From the NCBI GenBank assembly GCA_964450845.1, contig CAYVGZ010000043.1, positions 1-13,067 of the forward strand: 13,067 nt of DNA, given 5' to 3'. This DNA comes from an uncultured Candidatus Bathyarchaeia archaeon. Its GTDB lineage: Archaea > Thermoproteota > Bathyarchaeia > Bathyarchaeales > Bathycorpusculaceae. The notes beneath the pieces were generated by a model. That model was not told where the DNA came from. It saw nothing but the letters and a program-made list of their open reading frames with translations, and ran no database searches. The position numbers and the translations under genes were made by a program. This document shows, one piece after another, positions 1-6,958 of this stretch; the stretch's first letter is position 1; every line of letters starts with the position of its first letter.

Positions 1-2
1 GT

Positions 3-2243
3 GTAGGCTTTCGCCCCTTCATCTATCGTACAGCAGTCAAAAATGATTTAAAAGGATACGTTAGAAACAGAGGCGATGCTGGAGTAGAAATTCTTCTCGA
101 AGGTGAAGAAAAGGACATTGAAAATTTCATGCAAGATTTGAAGCAAAAGAAGCCCCCTCTTGCACAAATCCACAATGTCATCACAACAAGACTAAAAGGC
201 AAAAGCGAATACGAAAGATTCACAATTTATAAGAGCTCGGAGGAAGCAGAGCTTTCTGGTTCAGTTATCCCTCCAGACATAGCCATATGCAACGAATGCC
301 TAAGAGAGCTCAGAGACCCAAAAGACCCAAGATACAAATACTTCTTTATTACTTGCACGGACTGTGGTCCAAGATTCACAATTATCGAAAAGCTTCCGTA
401 CGACCGCGAAAACACTACCATGCGGGACTTTCCCATGTGCAGCTTCTGCCAAAGCGAATACACAGACCCATTAAACAGGCGCTTTCACGCCCAAACCGTG
501 GCTTGTCCAAAATGCGGACCAAAAGCATATTTAACAACCAGAAACGGCGAACTAATTGAACATAAAGACCCTATACGAGAAGCTGGTAGACTCCTTTCAG
601 AAGGCTTTATACTTGCCATAAAAGGTTATGGTGGTTTTCACGTTGCTACGTCAACAACGAAAGATGAGCCATTAATTAGGCTTAGAAAGGTTAAGCATAG
701 AAGCCAGAAGCCCTTCGCCATTATGGCTCGAAGCTTAGAAGCCATAAAAACTTTTACAGAATTAAGCGAGAAAGAAGCAGAGCTTCTAACTTCTTATAGT
801 CGCCCAATAGTTTTGCTGAACAAAAGCGCTGAATATTATCTTTCAGATTTGATTGCTCCAAGTTTGCACAATGTTGGGGTTATGCTCCCCTACACTGGGT
901 TGCATTACATGCTTTTTGACGAAACGAATGAGCCAGCGTTTGTGATGACAAGTGCTAATCCGCTAGATCAACCAATAATAAAGGACAACGAGGAAGCCTT
1001 GCAGAGGCTGGGCGACACTGTTGACTACTTCTTGTTTCACAATCGCAGAATTGCTCAAAGATGCGACGACTCAGTAGTTCGTGTACACGACAAAGATTCG
1101 GTATTCATAAGACGCTCACGAGGTTACGCACCAGCCCCAATAATGCTTAGACGAAAAGCGAAACGTTGCGTTTTAGGCTTAGGCGGAGAATTAAACAATA
1201 CAGTATGCGTTTTACTTGAAAATAAGGCGTTTATTTCCCAACACTTAGGCGACGTAGAAAACGTTGAAACAATTGATTTTCTGAAAGATGCAACAAAACA
1301 CCTAATCCGCTTAACAAACAGCAAAGTAGAAGCAGTTGCATGCGATTTGCATCCAAAATTCACAACAACAAAGCTTGCACATGATTTGGCAGAAGAAAAC
1401 AATTGGCAACTAGCTCAGGTTCAGCATCACTACGCGCATATCGCTGCTTTAATGGTTGAACATGACATTAAAGAAATCGTGGGTACGTGTTGTGATGGGT
1501 ATGGGTATGGAATTGATGGAGAAGCATGGGGCGGCGAAATATTGCTTTGCACCCAAGAAAGCGCCGATTTCAAACGGGTAGCTCACCTTGAAAAACAACC
1601 CTTAATTGGCGGGGACTTGGCTACTTGTTACCCTCTAAGAATTGCCGCTGGCATACTCTATAAAAAAGTCAACATGGAAAGCTGGCTCCTAAGAAACAAG
1701 CAGCACTTTCCACACGGCGAAAACGAAATCCAAATAATTCTTAGCCAACTTGAAAAAGGTCATAACATAATTGGAACAACAAGCTGTGGAAGAGTTTTAG
1801 ACGCTGTTGCATCCGTTTTGGGCGTATGCTATGAACGCACGTATGAAGGCGAACCAGCCATGAAACTTGAATCAGCCGCAATAAAAGGCAAAGATGTGCT
1901 GAAGCTAAAACCCATAATAAAAAACAACACGTTAGACACTACCCAAATGCTCCTGGAGATATTTGAGAACCGAGAAAAACACTCTAACGCAGATTTGGCT
2001 TACTCTGCTCATGCGTACCTAGCAACGGGCTTAGCCGCATTAGCCATAGAAAAAGCATTAGAAAACAACGTTAAAACGGTTGGTTTTTCAGGTGGAGTTG
2101 CATGCAACGAAATTTTAGCATTAATCATGCGGAAAACCGTAGAACATGCTGGCTTACGGTTTCTGGTTCACGAGTCTATTCCGCCAGGCGACGGCGGCTT
2201 ATCCTTTGGTCAAGCTGTTGTAGGTGGATTTTTCCGGTTTTGA
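3..2243 (+). CDS. hypF: Carbamoyltransferase HypF ([NiFe]-hydrogenase maturation), 5'-truncated by the window edge
   Basis: The frame is open upstream of the ORF-track ATG at 129 and reads VGFRPFIYRTAVKNDLKGYVRNRGDAGVEILLEG from nt 3 (acylphosphatase-like domain). It then shows two CxxC...CxxC Zn fingers (CNEC..CTDCGPR; CSFC..HAQTVACPKCGP), KGYGGFH, RRSRGYAP, DLHP, QHHYAH, DGYGYG, FSGGVACN and PPGDGGLSFGQ. Confidence 0.98.
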   Translation, partial: VGFRPFIYRTAVKNDLKGYVRNRGDAGVEILLEGEEKDIENFMQDLKQKKPPLAQIHNVITTRLKGKSEYERFTIYKSSEEAELSGSVIPPDIAICNECLRELRDPKDPRYKYFFITCTDCGPRFTIIEKLPYDRENTTMRDFPMCSFCQSEYTDPLNRRFHAQTVACPKCGPKAYLTTRNGELIEHKDPIREAGRLLSEGFILAIKGYGGFHVATSTTKDEPLIRLRKVKHRSQKPFAIMARSLEAIKTFTELSEKEAELLTSYSRPIVLLNKSAEYYLSDLIAPSLHNVGVMLPYTGLHYMLFDETNEPAFVMTSANPLDQPIIKDNEEALQRLGDTVDYFLFHNRRIAQRCDDSVVRVHDKDSVFIRRSRGYAPAPIMLRRKAKRCVLGLGGELNNTVCVLLENKAFISQHLGDVENVETIDFLKDATKHLIRLTNSKVEAVACDLHPKFTTTKLAHDLAEENNWQLAQVQHHYAHIAALMVEHDIKEIVGTCCDGYGYGIDGEAWGGEILLCTQESADFKRVAHLEKQPLIGGDLATCYPLRIAAGILYKKVNMESWLLRNKQHFPHGENEIQIILSQLEKGHNIIGTTSCGRVLDAVASVLGVCYERTYEGEPAMKLESAAIKGKDVLKLKPIIKNNTLDTTQMLLEIFENREKHSNADLAYSAHAYLATGLAALAIEKALENNVKTVGFSGGVACNEILALIMRKTVEHAGLRFLVHESIPPGDGGLSFGQAVVGGFFRF

Positions 2244-2291
2244 ACCATAACTGATTTATTGCTGCACATTTTTGGTTAAATATCGATAATA

Positions 2292-2522
2292 ATGTGTTTG
2301 GCGATTCCAGCGAAAGTCGTAAGCGTTAAAGAAGACAAGGCCAAAGTGGACTTTGGTGAAGGCGTTTTAAGAGAAGTTAATGTGGCGCTTGTAAATGCTA
2401 AAGTTGGCGACTATGTTTTGGTGCATGCTGGCTACGCCATCGAAGTTTTAGACGAAAAAGAAGCCCAAGAAACCATACGCTTATGGAACGAAATCCTTGA
2501 AGCCGAAACCCACCAGAAATAA
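2292..2522 (+). CDS. hypC: Hydrogenase assembly chaperone HypC/HupF
   Basis: N-terminal MCLAIPAKV (Cys2) and VGDYVLVHAGYAI motifs; 76 aa; lies between hypF and hypD. Confidence 0.98.
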   Translation: MCLAIPAKVVSVKEDKAKVDFGEGVLREVNVALVNAKVGDYVLVHAGYAIEVLDEKEAQETIRLWNEILEAETHQK

Positions 2523-2534
2523 AGTTGACTGGAA

Positions 2535-3611
2535 ATGGCTGAAAAATTGAGGTTTAGAGACCCAGACTTGGCGAAACGCATAGCAGAAAAAATCCGCAAA
2601 ATTGCATCAAAAAAAGAAATCGTTAAGATTTGCCATGTCTGCGGCACACATGAATGGACTATTACACATTTTGGCATACGCAGTCTATTACCTGAAAATG
2701 TGGAAGTCATTGCTGGACCCGGATGTCCAGTCTGTGTAACGCCCGCCTCCGAAGTTGATGAAGCCGTGCAATTAGCCTTGAAAGGCGTGACGGTTACTTG
2801 TTTTGGCGACGTTCTACGTGTTCCAGGCTCGAAGACATCTCTTTTAGAAGCTAAAGCAGAAGGCGCCGACGTTCGCATAGTTTATAGCGTCAGCGATGCT
2901 GAAAAGATAGCTCAAAAAGAGCCGAACAGAGAATTCTGTTTTTTCGCTATTGGTTTTGAAACAACAGCTCCTTCTACAGCAGTGGAAATTCTGAACAAAC
3001 CACCAAGAAACCTCAGCTTTCTGGTTTCGCATCGTTTGATTCCTCCAGCAATGAAGCTGCTCGTCGAAATGGAAGACTTGAGCCTAAACGGATTTATCGC
3101 ACCTGGACATGTCAGCACGATTATTGGGCTTAAGCCCTACGAAATTTTCCCAAAACTTTACAGCATGCCAACAGTTGTGACAGGATTCGAACCCCTCGAC
3201 ATCTTATTTGGTGCATACATGATTTTGAAACAGTTGAGGGAAGGCAAACCACGCTTGGAAAACGAGTATACACGGGCTGTACGTTGGGAAGGTAACACGA
3301 AAGCGCAAGAGCTAATGCAAAAAGTCTTCGATGTTGTTGATGGCAACTGGCGTGGACTAAGCACAATTCCTTCTTCAAAACTCACGCTTAAAGAGAAATA
3401 CGTAGCCTATGACGCACATTTGAAACATAACGTAAAAGTGGAACATGGAGTTGATATACAAAAGGGCTGCAGGTGCCACCTAGTTATAATTGGCAAGATT
3501 AAGCCAACGGAATGCCCCCTATTCATGAAAGCCTGCACTCCGCAAAAGCCTGTAGGCGCATGCATGGTAAGCGTTGAAGGAACATGCAGAATCTGGGCAA
3601 AAGCGGCATGA
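2535..3611 (+). CDS. hypD: Hydrogenase formation protein HypD
   Basis: HVCGTH, GPGCPVC, GFETT, PGHVS and GFEP motifs, plus the C-terminal Fe-S Cys cluster CRC...PTECPLF...C..QKPVGACMVSVEGTC. Confidence 0.98.
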   Translation: MAEKLRFRDPDLAKRIAEKIRKIASKKEIVKICHVCGTHEWTITHFGIRSLLPENVEVIAGPGCPVCVTPASEVDEAVQLALKGVTVTCFGDVLRVPGSKTSLLEAKAEGADVRIVYSVSDAEKIAQKEPNREFCFFAIGFETTAPSTAVEILNKPPRNLSFLVSHRLIPPAMKLLVEMEDLSLNGFIAPGHVSTIIGLKPYEIFPKLYSMPTVVTGFEPLDILFGAYMILKQLREGKPRLENEYTRAVRWEGNTKAQELMQKVFDVVDGNWRGLSTIPSSKLTLKEKYVAYDAHLKHNVKVEHGVDIQKGCRCHLVIIGKIKPTECPLFMKACTPQKPVGACMVSVEGTCRIWAKAA

Positions 3612-3640
3612 AAAATCCGCAGAACACATCAACAATCTTA

Positions 3641-3660
3641 GAAAAGCTTTTATTTAAATA
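3641..3660 (+). promoter_or_regulatory. Candidate archaeal BRE/TATA promoter for the DUF996-like gene
   Basis: GAAAAGCTTTTATTTAAATA: a purine-rich BRE-like run followed by a TATA-like run. An SD-like GAGGT lies at 3678-3682, before the ATG at 3694. Confidence 0.5.
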
Positions 3661-3693
3661 GATTCAAACCGTTGTGCGAGGTATTGAAAAAGA

Positions 3694-4332
3694 ATGAACT
3701 TAGAAACAAGCAAAAATCTTGGCGGAATAGGAGCAATACTTGTTGCCATTGGTGGGCTAGCCACTTTTGGCTACGGCTTAGCTGGCTTACTGAGCCTCAT
3801 TGGAATAATACTTGTGCTTATAGCGGCTAAAGGTTTAGCAGACAATTACGGCGAAGTAGGCATATTCAACAACGCGCTGTATGCTCTAATCATGGGAGTA
3901 ATAGGCGTCATAGCTCTCATAGGTGTTCTAGTGTTTTCTGTTTTCTCAGCATTTGCTGATTTGGGTATAGATACTACAGATTGGGCTAACGTGGGTCCAC
4001 AGTTTCAGGAACGTCTAATGGGAGGAGACTGGGACTTTATTTGGAAATTACTTGGAGCTGCTATCTTGGCTTGGGTCGTGCTTTCAATTTGTGTTATAAT
4101 TGCAGTCATCTTCTCAAGAAAATCATTAAACCTTGCTTCGGCAAAAACTGGAGTAGGCATGTTTGGCACTGCAGGAATACTAATGCTAATAGGCGGTATC
4201 TTGGCCATAGTATTTATCGGCTACTTACTTATCTGGATTGCTTGGATATTGATCGCTGTTGCTTTCTTCTCGATTAGAACAACGGCAACTCAACAAACTG
4301 CACCTGCACAACCCTCGCAACCTTCTGCATAA
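3694..4332 (+). CDS. DUF996-like multi-pass membrane protein
   Basis: N-terminus MNLETSKNLGGIGAIL, then GIILVLIA.KGLAD.Y..IFNNALY and TGVGMFGTAG..L.IGG.L.I.IG.LL.WIAWIL.AVAFFS, which match my recollection of the archaeal DUF996 family. About 5-6 hydrophobic segments and a Q/P/A-rich C-tail. Confidence 0.8.
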   Translation: MNLETSKNLGGIGAILVAIGGLATFGYGLAGLLSLIGIILVLIAAKGLADNYGEVGIFNNALYALIMGVIGVIALIGVLVFSVFSAFADLGIDTTDWANVGPQFQERLMGGDWDFIWKLLGAAILAWVVLSICVIIAVIFSRKSLNLASAKTGVGMFGTAGILMLIGGILAIVFIGYLLIWIAWILIAVAFFSIRTTATQQTAPAQPSQPSA

Positions 4333-4345
4333 GCTAGCACCCACA

Positions 4346-4351
4346 TTTTTT
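4346..4351 (+). terminator. Possible oligo-T intrinsic terminator after the DUF996-like gene
   Basis: T6 tract 13 nt after the stop codon. Archaeal terminators are U-rich, but the sequence is AT-rich so chance is possible. Confidence 0.3.
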
Positions 4352-4415
4352 ATCATTCTATACTTGACAAGTTTTAAACGCAAAAAACTCGTATTAAGTA
4401 TGAAGTGTATCCCAA

Positions 4416-4628
4416 ATGAGCAGAGAAACTGGAAAGACTTTTGCTGGCAAATGCGTTGATTGCGGTTCACCACTAGTGTTGTATGAGGTTGATTTTGAGA
4501 AAAACAGACGAATCATGCAGTGCAATCGATGCGGCTTATTTCATTTCTATAAGAAGGATTTCTTTGGCAAGTGGAAGCTTGTGAAGGCTGGTAGAGTTTC
4601 AGATTTATGGAGAAAACCATCAAAATAA
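4416..4628 (+). CDS. Small Zn-ribbon-like protein (70 aa, CxxC-x19-CxxC)
   Basis: CVDCG...CNRCG pairs with a beta-hairpin-like spacer and a basic/aromatic C-tail. It fills an otherwise empty gap and converges on hypE. Confidence 0.75.
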   Translation: MSRETGKTFAGKCVDCGSPLVLYEVDFEKNRRIMQCNRCGLFHFYKKDFFGKWKLVKAGRVSDLWRKPSK

Positions 4629-4652
4629 TGGTGTCTGTTCACTCCGAATGGC

Positions 4653-5720
4653 TTAGCATATTCTGGGAACGGGGTCGCCCACAGGTCTAGCAATTATCCT
4701 TTTTCCACCGACAACAGTCTGCATCGCCACACCCATGAAATCCATTGTTGCTTCGCCGATGATTTCTGCTTCTTTCCCCTCTTCAGTTGTTCTTAAAAGC
4801 TCCAAAATCTCTTCAGCCTTTTCCTTCACTGTACCAATGATTATTTTTCCCTCGTTTCCAACTTCAAGCGGGTCTAAGCCCAACATTTCACATGCTGCTC
4901 GCACATCTTCTCTGACTGGAATCTTGTCTTCGTGAACCAGTACGCCCACCTTTGATTTTTCGCTGAACTCGTTTAAGGCATCTGCTAAGCCTCCACGCGT
5001 TGGGTCTTTCATTGCAACTACGCCGCCAACTTCGCCGAGCAAACGCTGAATTAAACGGTTTAAGGGTTTAACATCAGATTTTATGCTACTTCCAAAACTT
5101 AATCCTTCTTGAGCGGATAAGACGGCTAAACCATGGTCGCCAACTGTTCCAGACAATATTATCTTGTCGCCTGCCATAAGGTTTGAGTCTAAAACCCAAC
5201 GCGCTTTAAAGTCCTTTTTAAATCGTTTAACAATTTCAAGATTTTTATCTAAAGCCATGGTTCTTCTTCCAATTCCAGAAGTGTTTATTACACAGCCGCC
5301 TAAGCTTCCCTTCTCAACAACCTTCGTATCCCCAGTAACAATGCTCACACCAGCTTCCTTGCAAGTCCGCTGCATGCTAGCCAAAATCCTTTCAAAATCA
5401 GCCAAGGCTAAACCTTCCTCCAAAACGAAGCCACAAGTCAAAGCGTATGGTTCAGCACCCAAAACTGCAATGTCGTTGACTGTGCCAGAAACCGCTAAAC
5501 GCCCAATGTCCCCGCCAAGGAAGAAAATGGGTTTAACGACATGAGAGTCGCTTTTTAACACTATGTCGTCTACAACGGCTGCGTCATCAAGGGCTTCAAG
5601 TGGCACTTCGAAGTTGGCTGCGTTGCCAAAATACTTTACAATATACTTTTTAACTAAATCGTGCATGACTGTTCCGCCAGCACCATGCAACATGGTAACA
5701 TGCTCATTCTTAACAGCCAA
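4653..5720 (-). CDS. hypE: Hydrogenase maturation carbamoyl dehydratase HypE
   Basis: HGAGG, LDDAAV, KSDSHVVKPIFFLGGDIGRLAVSGTVND, VTGDTKVV, GDHG, MKDPTRGGL, NEGK and the C-terminal PRIC-stop with the essential terminal Cys. Start reassigned from 5777 to TTG 5720 (MAVKNEHVTMLHG), with GAGG upstream; GTG 5729 is an alternative. Confidence 0.97.
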   Translation of the reverse strand: MAVKNEHVTMLHGAGGTVMHDLVKKYIVKYFGNAANFEVPLEALDDAAVVDDIVLKSDSHVVKPIFFLGGDIGRLAVSGTVNDIAVLGAEPYALTCGFVLEEGLALADFERILASMQRTCKEAGVSIVTGDTKVVEKGSLGGCVINTSGIGRRTMALDKNLEIVKRFKKDFKARWVLDSNLMAGDKIILSGTVGDHGLAVLSAQEGLSFGSSIKSDVKPLNRLIQRLLGEVGGVVAMKDPTRGGLADALNEFSEKSKVGVLVHEDKIPVREDVRAACEMLGLDPLEVGNEGKIIIGTVKEKAEEILELLRTTEEGKEAEIIGEATMDFMGVAMQTVVGGKRIIARPVGDPVPRIC

Positions 5721-5806
5721 TTTCCACACTCGCCTCAGTTCTGAATATCTAACCTTAAAAGTTAGACATAAACACATCGTAAAATTGTTTCGAAGTCAGC
5801 TGTCAC

Positions 5807-5815
5807 TTTTTAAAG
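5807..5815 (+). promoter_or_regulatory. Candidate TATA box for eamA (possibly leaderless transcript)
   Basis: TTTTTAAAG ending 23 nt upstream of ATG 5839. The BRE is poor. Confidence 0.35.
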
Positions 5816-5838
5816 CGAGAAACACTTTTTAGTAGGCT

Positions 5839-6723
5839 ATGAAGGAAGTATATGGTTACTTTTTGATTGTTTCGGCGTCAATTATATGGGGAACAATGGG
5901 AATTTTCGGGAAACTTGCTTTTGAATATGGAATTAATCCAGTAACATTGATTGCCTTAAGATTGCTTATTTCTTCCTCAACAATTCTAATGCCCATAACG
6001 TTGTTTAGAAGAGAATTATTCAGAATCAAAAAACGAGACATTTCTCAATTTTTCGCGCTTGGCATTTTCGCTACTGCCTTTCAAAGAATAGCTTATTTCT
6101 ATGCCGTTGACTTAACGACAGTCACAGTAGCAGCAATTCTCTTTTACACTTACCCGATTTTTGTCACAATCTATTCGTCACTATTTCTCAAGGAAAGAGT
6201 GCCTTGGTCAACTGCATCAGCGATAATCCTAACATTTTCGGGCGTTGCACTGGTTGTGAAAGTTTATGAAGTTTCAAGGTTAAACGCCAGCTTGCCTGGA
6301 GTAATTTTTGGAGTGCTATCAGGCATTCTCTTTGCCCTTTATTTCTTGAGTACTAAAAAATTAAGAAACCACTATACTAATTGGACTCTAATCCTTTATG
6401 GCGACGGGATAGGTGCTGTGGCTTTAACTCCGATCATTTGTTTAGCTTCTTCTGAAATCGCTAGCTATCCCTCACAACTTTGGCTTCTTATACTAACAAT
6501 AGCTTGGTTTCCGTCTCTATTAGCGTATCTTCTATACTCCTACGCCCTGAAACATGTCCAACTTTCAAAAGGAAGCATACTCTCAGTTATGGAACCATTA
6601 TCAGCAGCAATTTTTTCGGCGACACTCCTTAGAGAAAATCTTGAACCATTACAAATTATAGGCGTAATACTCGCTTTAACAGGAGTAGTCCTACTTTTCT
6701 ACAAGCCCAAATTGAAAAACTGA
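5839..6723 (+). CDS. EamA/DMT (drug/metabolite transporter) family permease
   Basis: 294 aa, about 10 hydrophobic segments in two repeats. IIWGTMGIFGK, ALRLLI, Y.A...TTV..AAIL.YTYPIF and GSILSVMEPLSAAIF...L.E.L..LQIIG motifs. Confidence 0.93.
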   Translation: MKEVYGYFLIVSASIIWGTMGIFGKLAFEYGINPVTLIALRLLISSSTILMPITLFRRELFRIKKRDISQFFALGIFATAFQRIAYFYAVDLTTVTVAAILFYTYPIFVTIYSSLFLKERVPWSTASAIILTFSGVALVVKVYEVSRLNASLPGVIFGVLSGILFALYFLSTKKLRNHYTNWTLILYGDGIGAVALTPIICLASSEIASYPSQLWLLILTIAWFPSLLAYLLYSYALKHVQLSKGSILSVMEPLSAAIFSATLLRENLEPLQIIGVILALTGVVLLFYKPKLKN

Positions 6724-6739
6724 CCAATCGCATAAATAG

Positions 6740-6773
6740 TAGAAAATGTCCATTTCTATGATAAGTTTAGAAA
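6740..6773. repeat. Three TAGAAA half-sites in alternating orientation (candidate operator)
   Basis: TAGAAA (6740-6745)-N7-TTTCTA (6753-6758)-N9-TAGAAA (6768-6773), directly after a TATA-like ATAAATA (6732-6738). Confidence 0.35.
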
Positions 6774-6789
6774 CGCAGAGGTGGAAAAT

Positions 6790-6948
6790 GTGGTTAAGAA
6801 AGCTGTAATTGTTATTTCTCTTGTTGAAGAGAGCACCAAAGTGGAGAATGGAAAAATTGAAAAAGAAATTCTAAATGAACTTTCTGAGGAGCCAACTAAG
6901 ATCCCATGGCTAAAGGAAGTTGAGAAGGTAACGGTCACCGAAGAGTAA
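6790..6948 (+). CDS. Small 52-aa acidic hypothetical protein (not in the ORF track)
   Basis: SD GAGGTG at 6778-6783, GTG at 6790, TAA at 6946-6948. Translation: MVKKAVIVISLVEESTKVENGKIEKEILNELSEEPTKIPWLKEVEKVTVTEE, a natural-looking beta-alpha-beta pattern. It explains the 6756-6938 minus ORF as a shadow. Confidence 0.8.
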   Translation: MVKKAVIVISLVEESTKVENGKIEKEILNELSEEPTKIPWLKEVEKVTVTEE

Positions 6949-6958
6949 AAGATAGCCT

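Noticed and set aside
4416-4628. Zn-ribbon ORF as HypA
   Set aside because: It lacks the N-terminal MHE Ni-binding motif and is much shorter than HypA.
5721-5777. Extended hypE N-terminus (MCLCLTFK...), superficially like HypC's MCL start
   Set aside because: Probably intergenic/promoter sequence read in frame. HypE similarity begins near EHVTMLHGAGG.
6756-6938. 60-aa minus-strand ORF in the track
   Set aside because: Antisense shadow of the SD-led 52-aa plus-strand gene; Ser/Thr/Phe-rich composition typical of shadows.
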